From positions 10,602,001 to 10,666,000 of the forward strand of contig NC_043015.1 in the NCBI RefSeq assembly GCF_006345805.1: a stretch of 64,000 bases of DNA. The letters are read 5' to 3'. Each line of letters opens with the position of its first letter. The first letter of the stretch is position 1. The notes beneath the pieces are model-generated. The model worked only from the letters and a program-made list of their open reading frames with translations. It did no database searches and was not told the origin of the DNA. The position numbers and the translations under genes are program-made. The DNA is from Octopus sinensis (lineage: Eukaryota). Shown here in pieces: positions 1 to 13,350 of this stretch.

Positions 1-5
1 AAAAC

Positions 6-75
<70 letters not shown>

Positions 76-169
76 TATAGCCGTTTTTTAAAGCCAATGT
101 TGTGTTGAGAGTCTTGCACTTAAGATCCGCGCATTTTTTAAATCAAAAATCGTTAGTTAATATGTGACA

Positions 170-204
<35 letters not shown>

Positions 205-848
205 CTCTCTCCCCCTCTCTTTCTGTTTCTCTTTTCCTATGTCTCACTTTCTTTCTTCTTCACTGTATTTCTCCCTCAACAATTTTTCTTGTCCACTACT
301 AAAGATGCATTGGGATATATATTTTCATTTCTCCCCTTGTTTCCAACACTCTAATACTTATTGCGACAGACAGACTGACGGTGACCAGCTTCTCTTTAAT
401 AAATAAGATGATAAAAAACCTTCCAGAGTAAAATACATTTTACGAAATTAGTTTCAGTTACCTACCAGTATACAGTAAGAAAAACGTATTTTTGTTTCTT
501 AGATAAAATATGGTGCATTTCACTCTTGCCTCGACTGGATGTCAGCATTTTAAACATATATCTGCTATCTGTCCCTATTATGTCTTACTTTCCTTATTTT
601 TCGAGAAGAAAGTACAAAAAACACAACAACGCGAGGACGTGGAACAAATATAGTATTACTGGACGCTCAGGAAAGAAGGAGGGTTTAACAGTTGCTTTGT
701 TTTGGTTGTTTGTTTGCTTGAGTTTGTGGTGTGTGTGTGTTTCTGTCTTTCATCATATAGGGAATGCAACACAGTGAATGTGTCGCCTACTTCTAGCAGT
801 ATCAATAAATATACACCCTCCTAGGCTTGACTGCCTAATCTTTATTAG

Positions 849-1788
849 AAACGATATAGCCGTCACAGGATCATTGTCAATATGTCGATCTATGTAAAGT
901 AAGCGTTACGGAAATACTTGAGAGCTATAGAATGTTTTCTTCGTTGGTAACGTTTAGATCATATCGACCTTGGGAGCTGAAACAGAGCGATGACATCTAC
1001 TTGGCAAGGATTCGTCAACTGATATGAAGAATCCATTCAATTATGTTTCATTTACTGATAAAAAGAATCTATTTCAAGTTGTTTTGTCTCTGATGTCACT
1101 GTCAGATCTATGATACAAAAATCAATATGAATATAATTCATTTACATTTTCAGTATTAGGAAGCACACAATAGGACTTTAAATAAGAATCAGTCGCATTT
1201 TACAAAGGATTTCATAGCAGATATTCATTTAATATTTAAAATAATGTGCCATGGACAAAATAAACATAATTTGTCTAACATTTATATGACATTTATCCAT
1301 TGAAAATTGCATATCTCTTTCGTAATTGCAATATATTTTACTAGTTGCTATGAACATTGGATATCTCTATTGTAATTATTTTATATTTTACTAGCTGCTT
1401 TCATTTGTATACAGGTATGCGTGAGGAATCATTTTCAGCAATTTCAGTAGACTTTATCAACCCTCATAGATTGTGCGGTTCTTGGATTAAACATCTCTAA
1501 AGCAAATAAGTAATCGCGCCGGAAATGTTGGATTCCTAATGCTGCACTGACTCCGCGCACACGTCTGTGTGTCTGTCTGTCTGTCTGTTTGTGTGTGCAT
1601 GTTTGTTTGATTGTGTTCAATGGATTTTCGTATAGGGTTCTGCTTATTTTCTGTCTACAATAATCCAACACCATATCGTGGTTCATCTATCGCAGTTTAT
1701 TATTTTAAGCTTACGTCTATTCCTCTGTGTTGTTGTTTTGTATTTACAATAAAATTAATACATACGTATCATGAAAATGAATAAATAA

Positions 1789-1840
<52 letters not shown>

Positions 1841-2034
1841 TACAGTACTGTTTCTACTTCGCTGATTTTCACCTATCACGGAGGTTCGGAACGTGGTACC
1901 CGCAATAGTCGAGTGATTATTGTATTTTCTGTTAATTTTCAGTTTCATTTGCAAGGCTTTGGACGACTGAGGCGGTAATCAATACCAAATTCACAATACT
2001 CTGGGTTGATCCCACCACCACAGATGTGCGTTTG
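849..2034 (+). other. Low-confidence three-exon candidate (849-898, 1395-1414, 1943-2034)
   Basis: AG/GT boundaries with pyrimidine tracts (tttattag, ttttactag, ttttctgttaattttcag) and donors gtaagc, gtatgc, gtaatt. Phases chain 0>2>1>0 to give KRYSRHRIIVNMSIYVNCFHLYTVSFARLWTTEAVINTKFTILWVDPTTTDVRL. No recognisable homology. Confidence 0.15.
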
Positions 2035-2785
2035 GTAATTCTTACAGCTATGTCAAAATGTGTTCTTCCGTTATAAATAAAAAGGAATATAATGATTCTT
2101 TTTTCTGCACTCAAAATATTGGATTTCTGGAAATCATTTCTAACGAGATATTCGATTATTTTGGAGTTGAATTCATCCAAGTTTGACATTATTTAGTGAA
2201 GCATGTTCAGATTTGTACACTGAGAGATGCGTCTTATCGGCAAGATATCCATTGCAAAACGTTCAGGGTAGTTCACTGATGTGGAACTTTTTTCGCTCAA
2301 TTGATATAAGTTGATAATTTTGGAGCATCGTTTTCGCGTGTATCGGTAATATACATTAAGATTTACTTTTAACTATGAACATAAGAAGATGTACTAGGGA
2401 GAGTTACGATAAAGAAAATTAATTGACAAAACTAGAGGTAATTGACGGACAATTTATAAATTTTTAACAGATGTGATGCTAGATATAAAATTCAATTAGA
2501 AGAGGAGATTTCCAAGTGAAGCAATGAGACGTGATTCGATATTTTGGGCTTCTGAATGCTAAGAATTTACATGTAAGGAAAACTTGCAAAAAAATACTTT
2601 AGAAATAAAGTAGATAATAGCAATACGCTGTTTTTACAACAACAACTCACAAAAGTCGATATTTCTCATACGCAAGATTTGATTATGTCTAATAAATGCA
2701 ATATGCAAAATAATAGATGATATAAAATCTTTAGAAATGTATTTGCAATAGGGCCACAAGCAACATCATCAATAATACCACAACA

Positions 2786-2838
<53 letters not shown>

Positions 2839-3158
2839 AAATATCAACACGAAGCACTTAGCAAGATATAGAAACTTGTCTTTGATTTATTTAAATATGG
2901 CTTGTGTTAGTTTTTGTTGTAATTTTGTATGTTATTTATATTTATGTCATTGAATCAAAATTAAATTGTGTTCCAAAAAGTTAAACGTAACAGATAAAGA
3001 TAACTATATTTACATATTTTTCCCTTGTTTATAACACATATTACTTAAGATCAGTTTTATTAAGCATATATCAGCTTGATTCAAATTCTTTATATTTAAC
3101 ATTATTTCCGCAAATATCTGATTTTTATCAAAGTAACATCTGTGTTATACATACTTGC

Positions 3159-3289
<131 letters not shown>

Positions 3290-3871
3290 GAGAAATGTAT
3301 ATACATATGTGTGTGTGTATGTGTCTGTGTGTGTAAACATGTGTTTATGTGTGTATTGTGTGTCTGTGAATTTTTTGTGTGCGTTTGCGCGTACCTCTCA
3401 TTGTGTATATGATCCTGTGCAAATGTGTATGGAAATTTTTATCTCTGAAATCTACGAAATGCTATTTGAAACAGTTTATTATTCCGATATATCTTATCGT
3501 CATCGTATATTTCTAATAATCCTTATTGTTAAAAATCATTTCGACGTAGATAATATATTTCTTAAAATGTATATCTTTGTAGGGTTATTACGATGCTTTC
3601 TTCTATTTATTTATAAATATATTTTTGAGATTTTTTTTATTCGGTAATCTGGAAATAAATTCAATGTTATAATAACGAAAATATTTAAATGATAGATAGA
3701 AAATAAAACACTGCGCTGTAATATAACATGAATTATATTTATCGGTGTAAAAAATATTCAAAATGTGTTAAATTTGCATAGAAAGAGTTTGCATGCAGGG
3801 GCACAGATTCACAAGTGAGCGTAAATATGCACATATTGATATATGTGTATATGTGTGTGCGTGTAAGTGTA

Positions 3872-3921
<50 letters not shown>

Positions 3922-4061
3922 TGCGTGTACGTGTCATTCTCCGCTTACGTGTATGTGTTAGCTCGTAAATATACGACCCTGTATGCACATTACATGATAA
4001 AACCGAACCTTGTGGAGAATCTAATGAGTCGATGTAAATATTTTTCCCCACTTCACAATGG

Positions 4062-4112
<51 letters not shown>

Positions 4113-5879
4113 TCGTTACATGCGTAGCATGTGAAATCTTGAATGCCGCTACATCTAGGTGTATGCATGTATGTAAGTATGTATATATCTATGTATTGCA
4201 TCCCTGGTGCAATATATTCTCTTTCTCTATATCATTGCCATGTAATTGGAAATAAATTTCAAAGCATATTCATTTCCTTCATAGCATTATTATTAACGTT
4301 ATTATTAATGAAATTATTTTTGAATATAGTTTATTGGTCTGCTATCGTTGTTTCTTGTGCTGTTTTTTACGGATGTTTACTTGTTTTAATGAGGATATTT
4401 TGTCATGGATTTTAACTAAATCAGGCTCAGAGAAGTGATAAATTTTATGGTTTCATATAGAGCAAGGCTCGTATTGGTAGATGAAAAGAAAACTATTACC
4501 GTTTATCATATGAAAAACTATACATAATACCTCATGATGTCATCGGAACAAACATAAATTTATAAGAGGTATATGTGAAAAAATATTTTATTCATGATAT
4601 ACATTACCCGTATATATACCTATATCTATAAATGTGTGCATGCCTATATATATATTTATATGTGTGTGTCTTTGTATGTGTGTTTGTGTGTATGCGTGGT
4701 GTGGTGTATATATTTTTGATCTGCCTATGTGTGAGAGTGGTGTTTAAATATGCATATGTGTCAATATACAAGTGTATATGAATGCATTACATAAGCATTT
4801 TTAAAATATTGAAGTTTTTTTTAACTCAACCCCTGATGTATTTTGACTCCATATATCTTGTCAGCTGCTAGCGAAATATTTGTTGGTTTTTAATGGATTA
4901 TAGGAGTTTAGCTTAAAATTATATGCAAGATATGAAAATAAATATAAGACAGCAGATATTATTTTACGTATGTATATTAACATTTTTTTCACTCTATTTC
5001 ATTCTTGCATAAAATCTTAAATGTTCTGTACTCTCTTTTACTGCTAAATAAATTTTTGATTAACTTACTGCATCTACTGAGGATGATTTATGTTTCCGCA
5101 TTCCAGAGAATTTTGCGATATTTCTGGTGCTACATTCAGTATTATTGTGGTGATGGAGAGCATTGTGAAATGATTTAAAATGTGTACCACGTCTCATTAA
5201 ATGCTCTACAAAAGATCATTTTATGATATTGTTTTGCTTTCCTATTCTGCAAATAACGCGTATACTTAGACAGCTTACCTGCAACAAACATGCTACAAGA
5301 CAACGCAATAAACTGCGCTCTTTCAAAATGTGTTAATGTAATACCTCATGTTTAACAAGTATTTGTAAGTGAAACACAAAACGTTAATTGGTAACAGTGG
5401 GGAAATTATGATATTAGAATTTAAAAAAGGAAGATTTCAATTTGGAAATATTCACTCCGAATCTGAATACCACGCTAGCAAACCTGCAAACCATACATTA
5501 TTGCTGATTAATAAATGTGAAGCACATAGCTAATCAAATCTACTCGGGTGCCTGGCCAGTTCATAATCTTATAGACCTCAGTACGATGAAAGCTCAGTTT
5601 GATCATAGTGAGATTTGACCACAGAAAATATATTTCAACACCCTGGCTCTTCATTTGTTTCATATATGTATATACGTGTGTGTGAGTTTGTGTGTATGCG
5701 TTTGTGTGTGCACGCGTGTTGTATGTATGTATGCCCGTATGTATGTAAGCCCTTTTCTGAAAAAGTAGACTCCAACCCAAAAATCTCGCAAAAAACACCT
5801 GTCAATTCACCTATGAATTCACATCAGGGAATGAATCAGAATTTTCCGTAAAAGAATATGGAGATAGCAGATATGAAAC

Positions 5880-6255
5880 ATGGAACGACAACAGCAACTT
5901 TAAATGCTTAGAAAGTGATTCTCTCAAGAATTTCAAAAACGGAGTTTCGTTCAAATTAAATTCAGATATGAAATATAAGACGCAGAATCTCATATACTAC
6001 ATTACTTGCCCCAATAGCAAAGAAAATTACATTGGCGAAACAAACAATTCTTTCTGCCAATGTACAAGATTCCATAGACAACACATCCGACTAGAGGGAT
6101 AGCGCAAGATTCTACTGAGCATGTATGTAGAAATATAGGGTGAAGGAAAGGTCCAAATCTTTCCTTTTTACCAATTTGCAGGAGATGTCCCAAACTTCCG
6201 AAGAACAATGAAGCTACACTTCATCAAAAACTTCTCTCCAAAATTTAATGTTTGA
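5880..6255 (+). mobile_element. Penelope-like element remnant, GIY-YIG endonuclease C-terminus (decayed, in-frame stops)
   Basis: Manual translation FKLNSDMKYKTQNLIYYITCPNSKENYIGETNNSF...RFHRQHI...IFPFYQF...FIKNFSPKFNV* matches the PLE GIY-YIG pattern N-L-I-Y-x-I-T-C..Y-I-G-E-T. Confidence 0.85.
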
Positions 6256-6402
6256 AAGAGAAACAGAGGAACTATATTTTTTTCTTTTTTTCTTTCAAAT
6301 AGTAATGATGATGGATGAAGAGAAAACATTTATATCACACTATTACTCTTGTTTCTGAATTTGGCGCCAATGATATTAACGTGATACTCATCTTTATAAA
6401 TG

Positions 6403-6436
<34 letters not shown>

Positions 6437-7949
6437 AAATGGGACAAGAACGAAAAACATATATGTTGATAGGTATGCAAGGAAAAAAGAAAGAAAGGAG
6501 AGAAAGAAAAAAGGAAAATGCTATGCAATAACATTTCAGTAAATTGATCACATCAAATTGAAAAGAGACAGCTTTTTCTCTGTCTCTCTCTTTCTGTATA
6601 TGTCTATCTATCTAGCTATCTATGTGATTGTCTATCTACCTACCTACACTTTTGCCATTCTATTATTTTTCTCCCTATATTTTCTCCCCTTTCATGATTG
6701 TTCTGAAACCTCTCTCTTTCTTTCTGTCCATTCCCCACTTTGATCATCTTTCTATCACTTCCCGTTTAAAAAAAAAACATTTTCTCCTTCTAAATAAAGG
6801 AAAAAACATTCTGATTCATATAAATCCTTGATTCCTAAAGCGCGGCGCATGCCCCACCAGTGGGGCAAGGTAATATTTTTGTGGGACATGGTAATATTTT
6901 GGTGAGGCATGCGTAGGGTTATGGTGAATTTTTATACCTCTTGTACACAATGTTTTTAGTATACCAATAGACGAAGGGACCAATTCGAGCGTGAGTTCTT
7001 AAAAAAATTATTTTCATCCATTCTGTGGACAATATTATCAAATGTTGGGCACATTAGAGACAACAGGTTGTTTTCATCTAAATCCTAATATCTGATGTCA
7101 CTAAAGAGGGAATAATTATTTCCTCCGATTTAGTGGTATGTGAAAACATGAAGGTAATTTACAAACGCGTATGTGTGTGTGTGGTGTTTGAGCGGATGGG
7201 CGAGCCTGCAATTATGTAGTATAGAATTGGTCAGTACTGAAAGCAATGCCATTTTAGTTCCCTATGGACAAATAAACTTGAGACAGATTTATGTGTGCAG
7301 GTGTGCCTAAGAATTTTGACTCTTTTATCTTTGGTGACAGTGAAGGATGAAAGTATCAAATGGTGTGAAATGGGTTGAAATGGAGTGGAAGTAAGGTGTA
7401 GAGTCAGTGAAAGAAGACAAAGAATGAGAAAGATAGAGAGAGAAAGGGAAAGGATAGAGAAGGAGACAGCTAGATACATATATATTTATAGAGATTTATG
7501 CATGCACACATACAAACACACGTATATAAACAAACAGGTCATTTTATTCCCAACAGTCAGTTTCTGAATTCAGCAAAAAGGTGAGAAAAAACTTCCATCA
7601 TTGATACAAAGGCTTTTGCAGCTGAGATGGTTCGCGGAATATTTTTGTTTCTCTCTGACCATATTTCCCGAACGTTTATACTGAAATCTCTTCATGTGTG
7701 ATTCCAGGGCGTAACTACAGATATCTACCCCTGACCCCGACATTGGATGATCGTAACATTCAGAAAAATGGATTTTTTTAATGAAATCGTCTACGAATAT
7801 GCGTTATATAATGTAGATTCCGAATATATAAAATTTGGAGGAAAGTGTTTTTGGTTGGGGATGTTCGGAAAGTCCAATTCGACTTGACTTTCAAGAAAAT
7901 TTATATTTAAGAGATGAGGGATTATGTACATAATTTATATTTTTTACAA

Positions 7950-8093
7950 TTGATGGATATTTGTCTTAATCATGTTTGTTGTTAACACATCGTTTCGGCT
8001 GATATACTCTCCAACCTTCTTCGTGTGTCTTGGGAAAATTCCAAACGTGTGTTCTCATTCCTAAGGTATTTTCGAGGCTGTTGGTGTTATTGA

Positions 8094-8095
<2 letters not shown>
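7950..8095 (-). mobile_element. Penelope-type pseudo-LTR fragment with decayed minimal hammerhead-like motif
   Basis: Minus strand reads acac ACGAAGA a ggttg-gagagtatat-cagcc GAAA cgat gtgt. It is an inverted homologue of 8853-8950. Confidence 0.5.
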
Positions 8096-8157
<62 letters not shown>

Positions 8158-8657
8158 GAGTGAGAGAGCAGCGCATGCCATCAAAGTGACACTGGGATAA
8201 AATATACGAGGCCCGGTATACCCATCATGACTACCCTTCTGATAAGGGTACACTACGCACATGTATCACAACCATATATGCGCGACATGGTGATCTCATA
8301 TCACGATAAACAGCACATGATCTTGCAGGTGGGGCCCAGTGAGAATTTTATTGTGTTCGAGTAACCCATCCCGCTCAAAAGGTCCCTGAAAAAGGGTTGT
8401 TTAACGATGTTGAACAAAACACCCACGTTTCCAGAGGTGAATTATTCAAACCCCAAAGAATCCCTGTCAACACATGGCTATGATTCCTCCCCACTACGTC
8501 TGCTCATGAATAGAGATGCGCATATCGCCAGCCACTAAGGGACATGCTCAACTGGTTATGGTCAAACAACTGACAAGCAAATCTGTGGTATTGAGCAGAA
8601 TATTTGCTGCAGCCCATCTTTTATACCAAGACAAAACAACGTACATTATTATTATTA

Positions 8658-8736
<79 letters not shown>

Positions 8737-8850
8737 ATTATTATTATTATTATCATCATTATTATTGTTAATATTGTTCAGATCACTGCTTGGAAACGAA
8801 CTCGGAAACTTGCGCATAGTAGCCTGTGCTCTTAGCCACTACGCTACATG
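8095..8850 (-). mobile_element. tRNA-derived SINE (family D) with internal and tail (AAT)n tracts
   Basis: Minus-strand head gtagcgtagtggctaagagc...gagttcgtttcca carries A-box and B-box-like motifs. It is followed by (AAT/AAC)n, a ~480-bp body (8160-8640) and an (AAT)n tail. Joining head and body into one element is inference. Confidence 0.55.
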
Positions 8851-8954
8851 CACGTGGCTGGAGGGTATATCAACCAAAACTTTGTGTTATCAACAAACAC
8901 GATGAGGACAAATATCCGTCGAATGTACATAATATAAATAATGTAAATAAAAAC

Positions 8955-9960
8955 TCCTTCTTAGATATTATGTTAAAAAACGTCAACAATCGAAAAGTGA
9001 CTGGCATTTATCAGAAACAAAAGGAGCTCGAAACGATAACTTCTGTTTGTGTCATGCCCCCTGAGACTCATCAAAAGAAATATCTCCTTCAATTTAGCGA
9101 AAAGGATTACCACAACTGTGTCTGACGGAAATACTCGGGACCTCCATCTGCAAAACATCGGACCAAGACTGAGAGATTATATCTACCCTCACTTATAGAA
9201 GATGGAATTGAGGCTTTAAAACACTAAGGAAATAAAACGGGACACCACAATGCATCTCAAAATACTTCCGTATATATCAACTCACAATCCTAGAAACAAT
9301 GAGGCATGCACAGTTTACTACTGTTCACTCGGGATCCAAAAGGGAAAACATTCTGAAAACATTATTTCATCAAATACAAAAAGTGACACAGATCGTTGGC
9401 GTGACTTCTGACAAATGCGAAGCTTTATAAAACAACCAGGAAAGCAATGGTAAAAAAATGTGGACGTCCAAACTACGGAACCTGCTCCAACCTACTGGAA
9501 GGCTCTGAAATTTTATTCAAGTTTGGAGAGAGGTCCACAATTAAAACCAACACTTGTAGTTCCGAGAATCTAATTCATGTTATAACTTATTCAACTTGTG
9601 GACATAACTATATACGACAAACAAGTTAGACACTCAGGCAGAGAATTATCCTACATAACAAACAGGTTCCTTTCCAACAGTAGAGTCAGATTCCTTTGCG
9701 TGAACAAATAGAAATTTGTGCAGGTAATATGCAACCAAACTTCACAGCTTTCCCTATCTACCAGTGCAAAGAAACAATTGTATATTTATCCTCCGTCCCC
9801 AAATGAGCAATTACCTCCCCTTATAGTAATCTACTTCTTGATTCATTTACAAAATTCCTTCCAAGAATAAGAACTAAAATATTTTTTTAGAAAATACGAA
9901 ATTACAATAATTTCATTGTCATGATCAACGAAAGCGAAACCGGTTGACAAACACAATACT
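8955..9960 (+). mobile_element. Penelope-like element remnant (RT C-terminus, Cys-rich linker, GIY-YIG, 3' pLTR)
   Basis: Fragments LPYISTHNPRN and KKCGRPNYGTCSNLLEG...NLIHVITYSTCGHNYIRQTS (ORF 9447-9629). The 3' region is homologous to 58170-58400 on the opposite strand. Confidence 0.85.
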
Positions 9961-10279
9961 CTTTATAGAAGATATAAAAATATATATTAAAACTATATAA
10001 ACTATTTGAATTTTCCTTCTTTTATGGTACACATACACACACACATATATATATATAGAGAGAGAGAGGGAGAGAGAGAGATAGAGAGAAACAAAGGACG
10101 AAGACAGGTGGTGTACAAAACAAACAGTTGTATTAGTATAACGATCAGGAATAGAAAAAGTCTTTTACGTTTCGAGCCTACGCTCTTCTACAGAAAGGGA
10201 CATAGAAAAACAAGGAGAGAAACAAGTATAGAAAAAATGTGTGTAACAGCTAACGATCTATATATATATATATGCATGT

Positions 10280-10590
10280 GGAGGCACGATGGCCCAGTGG
10301 TTACAACAGCGTACTCACGGTTGCAGGATCGCTGTTTCGATTCCAAGACCGGGCACTGTGAGTGTTTATTGAGCGATAACACCTAAAGCTCCACGAGCCT
10401 CCGGCAGGGGATGGTGGCGATCCCTGTTGTACTTTTTCGCCACAACTTCCTTTCACTCTTTCTTCTGTTGGTCTGCTCGCTTAGCCAGCGTGGAGGCGTC
10501 ATTTGAAGGCTACAACAATGCGAAGCGCATTGTGACCAGCGATGTGTAGCAACATCTGATAGCCTGGTTGGTAACGGTGATCACGGTGAT
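10280..10590 (+). mobile_element. tRNA-derived SINE (family C)
   Basis: A box tggcccagtgg and B box gtttcgattcc. The 3' part (gcgaagcgcattgtgaccagcgatgtgtagcaacatctgat) recurs inverted at 40215-40332. Confidence 0.85.
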
Positions 10591-10695
10591 ATATATATAT
10601 ATATATATATACATACGTACATACATACATACATAAATGCATACTCCATGCATTAAAACTTACCACTTGGTGATTGTCGAAATTCTCCTCCTCTT

Positions 10696-10726
<31 letters not shown>

Positions 10727-11701
10727 ATGTATTTGTGTGTGTCTGTGTCTGTATGTAGGCACACATAATCTTCTAAGGGAGGAATTACATTCCCATCGAA
10801 ATATCAAATTTGTCTCCTTCCTTGTCCTCGCGGCGAAGCAACTCATTCTATTTTACGACTGTGCATACTAATATTTGCCGATGCAAACCATCAATATATT
10901 CTTCGGTGTCTATTGTGCTCTGTATAATATATAGCCATTCACAAACCGGATAGAGTTTCGTGGATTTAGATATTCAGCAACATAGCTTTGTGGCAATGAC
11001 GTATAAAAATCGATAATACCATTGCTATAGGTTTAAGACCCTCTGAACTCGTTCATTTGTACATTCCAAGCAAAATGATTGTAAGAATTTGGTGTTAATA
11101 ATAGTACAATTCATATCTAAAGTATATCTCATTTTGTGTTTATATTCTTCACTTACCACGTTATTATTTCTCATTTGGTAAGCAAGCAAGCTGAAATAAT
11201 ACCAAATATACCGACTGATAAATATATCAGTAAATATCTGTATCCTGTTCTATATACAAAGAGAACAATTCAAATCATTGGCAGAAAAGCCGTTCCCCAA
11301 CACAAATTACTCAATCCAACCCCCAAACGTGTGGTGGTTCCCTTTTCTTGCCTTCGCTGATAACACAGTGAACTCGCATTGAATGTGGTTCATCCCGTGC
11401 CATCTCCACGTAATTATTGCCCGCTTTTCTTCTCCCTTCTTTCACTCATAACGTTTCCACACCAATGCCGTACTGCAATCACCACTATGTGCTTTGTTTC
11501 CCTGCGCATATCTTAAGACCTCTATAAATCGCTTTATAAACATAAATTCCTTGTATCCTACCAGAGTTGGCTCATTCATGTTAAACCGTCTCCATAGCGG
11601 TTAAGTATAATACGTACACAACAAACACAAAAGCATACGCGAGCAAGGACATATAAATAAACAAACACACACACACATACACACACACACACACACACAC
11701 T

Positions 11702-11737
<36 letters not shown>

Positions 11738-12799
11738 GTTAATCTCCAAAACGAAGAAAAGCGCAATAAAAAACAACATGAGGGCGTGGTACATACAAAT
11801 ATTAAGAAATACTCACGGAACATGTGTATGTATGTGTGTGTGCATGTGTGTATGTATATGCGTGTGTATATTTATTGAAAGAATGTGGGGGCACATGGGA
11901 AAATGTAATATGACAACCATATTTAATTATAAGTTATAAGTTTAGCTTTTATACTCCGCTCATTATTATTTAAAATTGTATTCTATCTTATAATCTCAGG
12001 TTTTAATTTTTCAGGTAAGATTAACTTAATGAGGGAATTTACGTAGACTTCGTTTTACGTCATTGTTTAGAATCGATTTAAATAAATTTATCTCTAGCAT
12101 AATTAATAATTTTAATTAATAATTCTCCTACTTCTTATATTTTCTGAATACAATAACATCATCATTGCTCTCTTATTTTTATTTTCCCCTTTCTTTTTAT
12201 TTTCTGTAAAAAATAATATAGTCATTCCTCTCTTTTTTTGTTGATAACCAGTGGATTGCAAAACTCTTGAAACGCCCCTTCTATTGTACCAGTGCGTTAT
12301 CCCCCATAACACCAGCTGGTTCATTAAGATCTGGTGTACCTGCCAGTGTTAAGCTATTTTTTCTGCTATTTTTCTACTATTTTTTATTCTGCTATTTTTC
12401 TCATACATCTGTAAACAATTAGAAAAGAACCACATAATTTTTTCCCTGGATATTCCAGTACATTCCATGAGGAGTTGTATTCACAATGTAAGAAACACTT
12501 CGGATAGATCAATGATATATGACTATAATAACTGTCATAATTTATTCCAATCATATCTTTCCCCTTTTAATTCCTGTTCTAATTCCTGTTGTACATACCA
12601 AAACTGTCTCTGATTAAATAACTTGCTAGTCTTGGTTGGAGAAAAGGTGGCTTACATATTTCCTTCTTCGGGAGATTAAATCTGTCTCAGAGTGGATGTA
12701 GTCTCTTAACAGTTGTGTACACACACGCTTTTTACGATTTTCTTTTTCCTTTTTCGCTATAATGGCTGCCGCTCCCCTTTCTGTCTCTTCGTATTGTCT

Positions 12800-13350
12800 A
12801 TCCTTATAAGTGATTAGAGACTATTCTTGCTGTTATTCATGTTTCTGTGGTTGGCTTCCGTTATTAGGCTTGTCATGCTCACTGAAAAGTGGAAAGGCTT
12901 TTGTTCATACACTATATCGCGTGAGAGATACTTCGTATGTTTGTGTGTGTGTTTGTTTCTATACACCTCTACTGGTTAACACTCCACCCTCTTTGGCGCT
13001 TTCACACAATTCATGTATGCGTTTCCTTCTACAAATAATCTTTTTGGCTTTCATTTATAATATGGAAAGATTTGCGGAAAATTTTGGGGTAATTTTCAGT
13101 AGTTCGAGTTATCGTAGGGTAGCCTTTATTCGAGTGTATGGCACAAACTTTGCCGTTGCTGTTGTTTTTGATTAACCCCTATTAAGCTTTGCTAGAACAG
13201 ATCCTTTTGAATATATGTTACATAGCATATGCTGTAAGACATTATGGAATCTTTTGAAGGAAATTCCCACGTTGTTTCCCGTAATTAAAATGTCCAGATA
13301 CATGCCCATTAATATAAATTACAAGACGAGTTGTGGAGTCGGAATTCATA
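12800..13350 (-). mobile_element. Possible highly decayed Penelope-like RT/linker remnant
   Basis: Minus-strand YLDILIT resembles the PLE RT FLD(V/I)LI motif. The rest is too decayed to confirm. Confidence 0.2.

Noticed and set aside
1943-2034. Resemblance of ILWVDP..DVRL to the Cys-loop receptor WxDxRL motif (octopus chemotactile receptors)
   Set aside because: Spacing to upstream conserved residues does not fit, and no Cys-loop or transmembrane exons were found.
1932-2189. 85-aa minus-strand ORF (MSNLDEF...) with a further 59 open codons upstream across one stop
   Set aside because: It has no recognisable motif, and a few such stretches are expected by chance in six frames of 64 kb.
6825-7200. 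Possible hAT-like MITE fragment
   Set aside because: Only a vague terminal resemblance; no second TIR or TSD was found.
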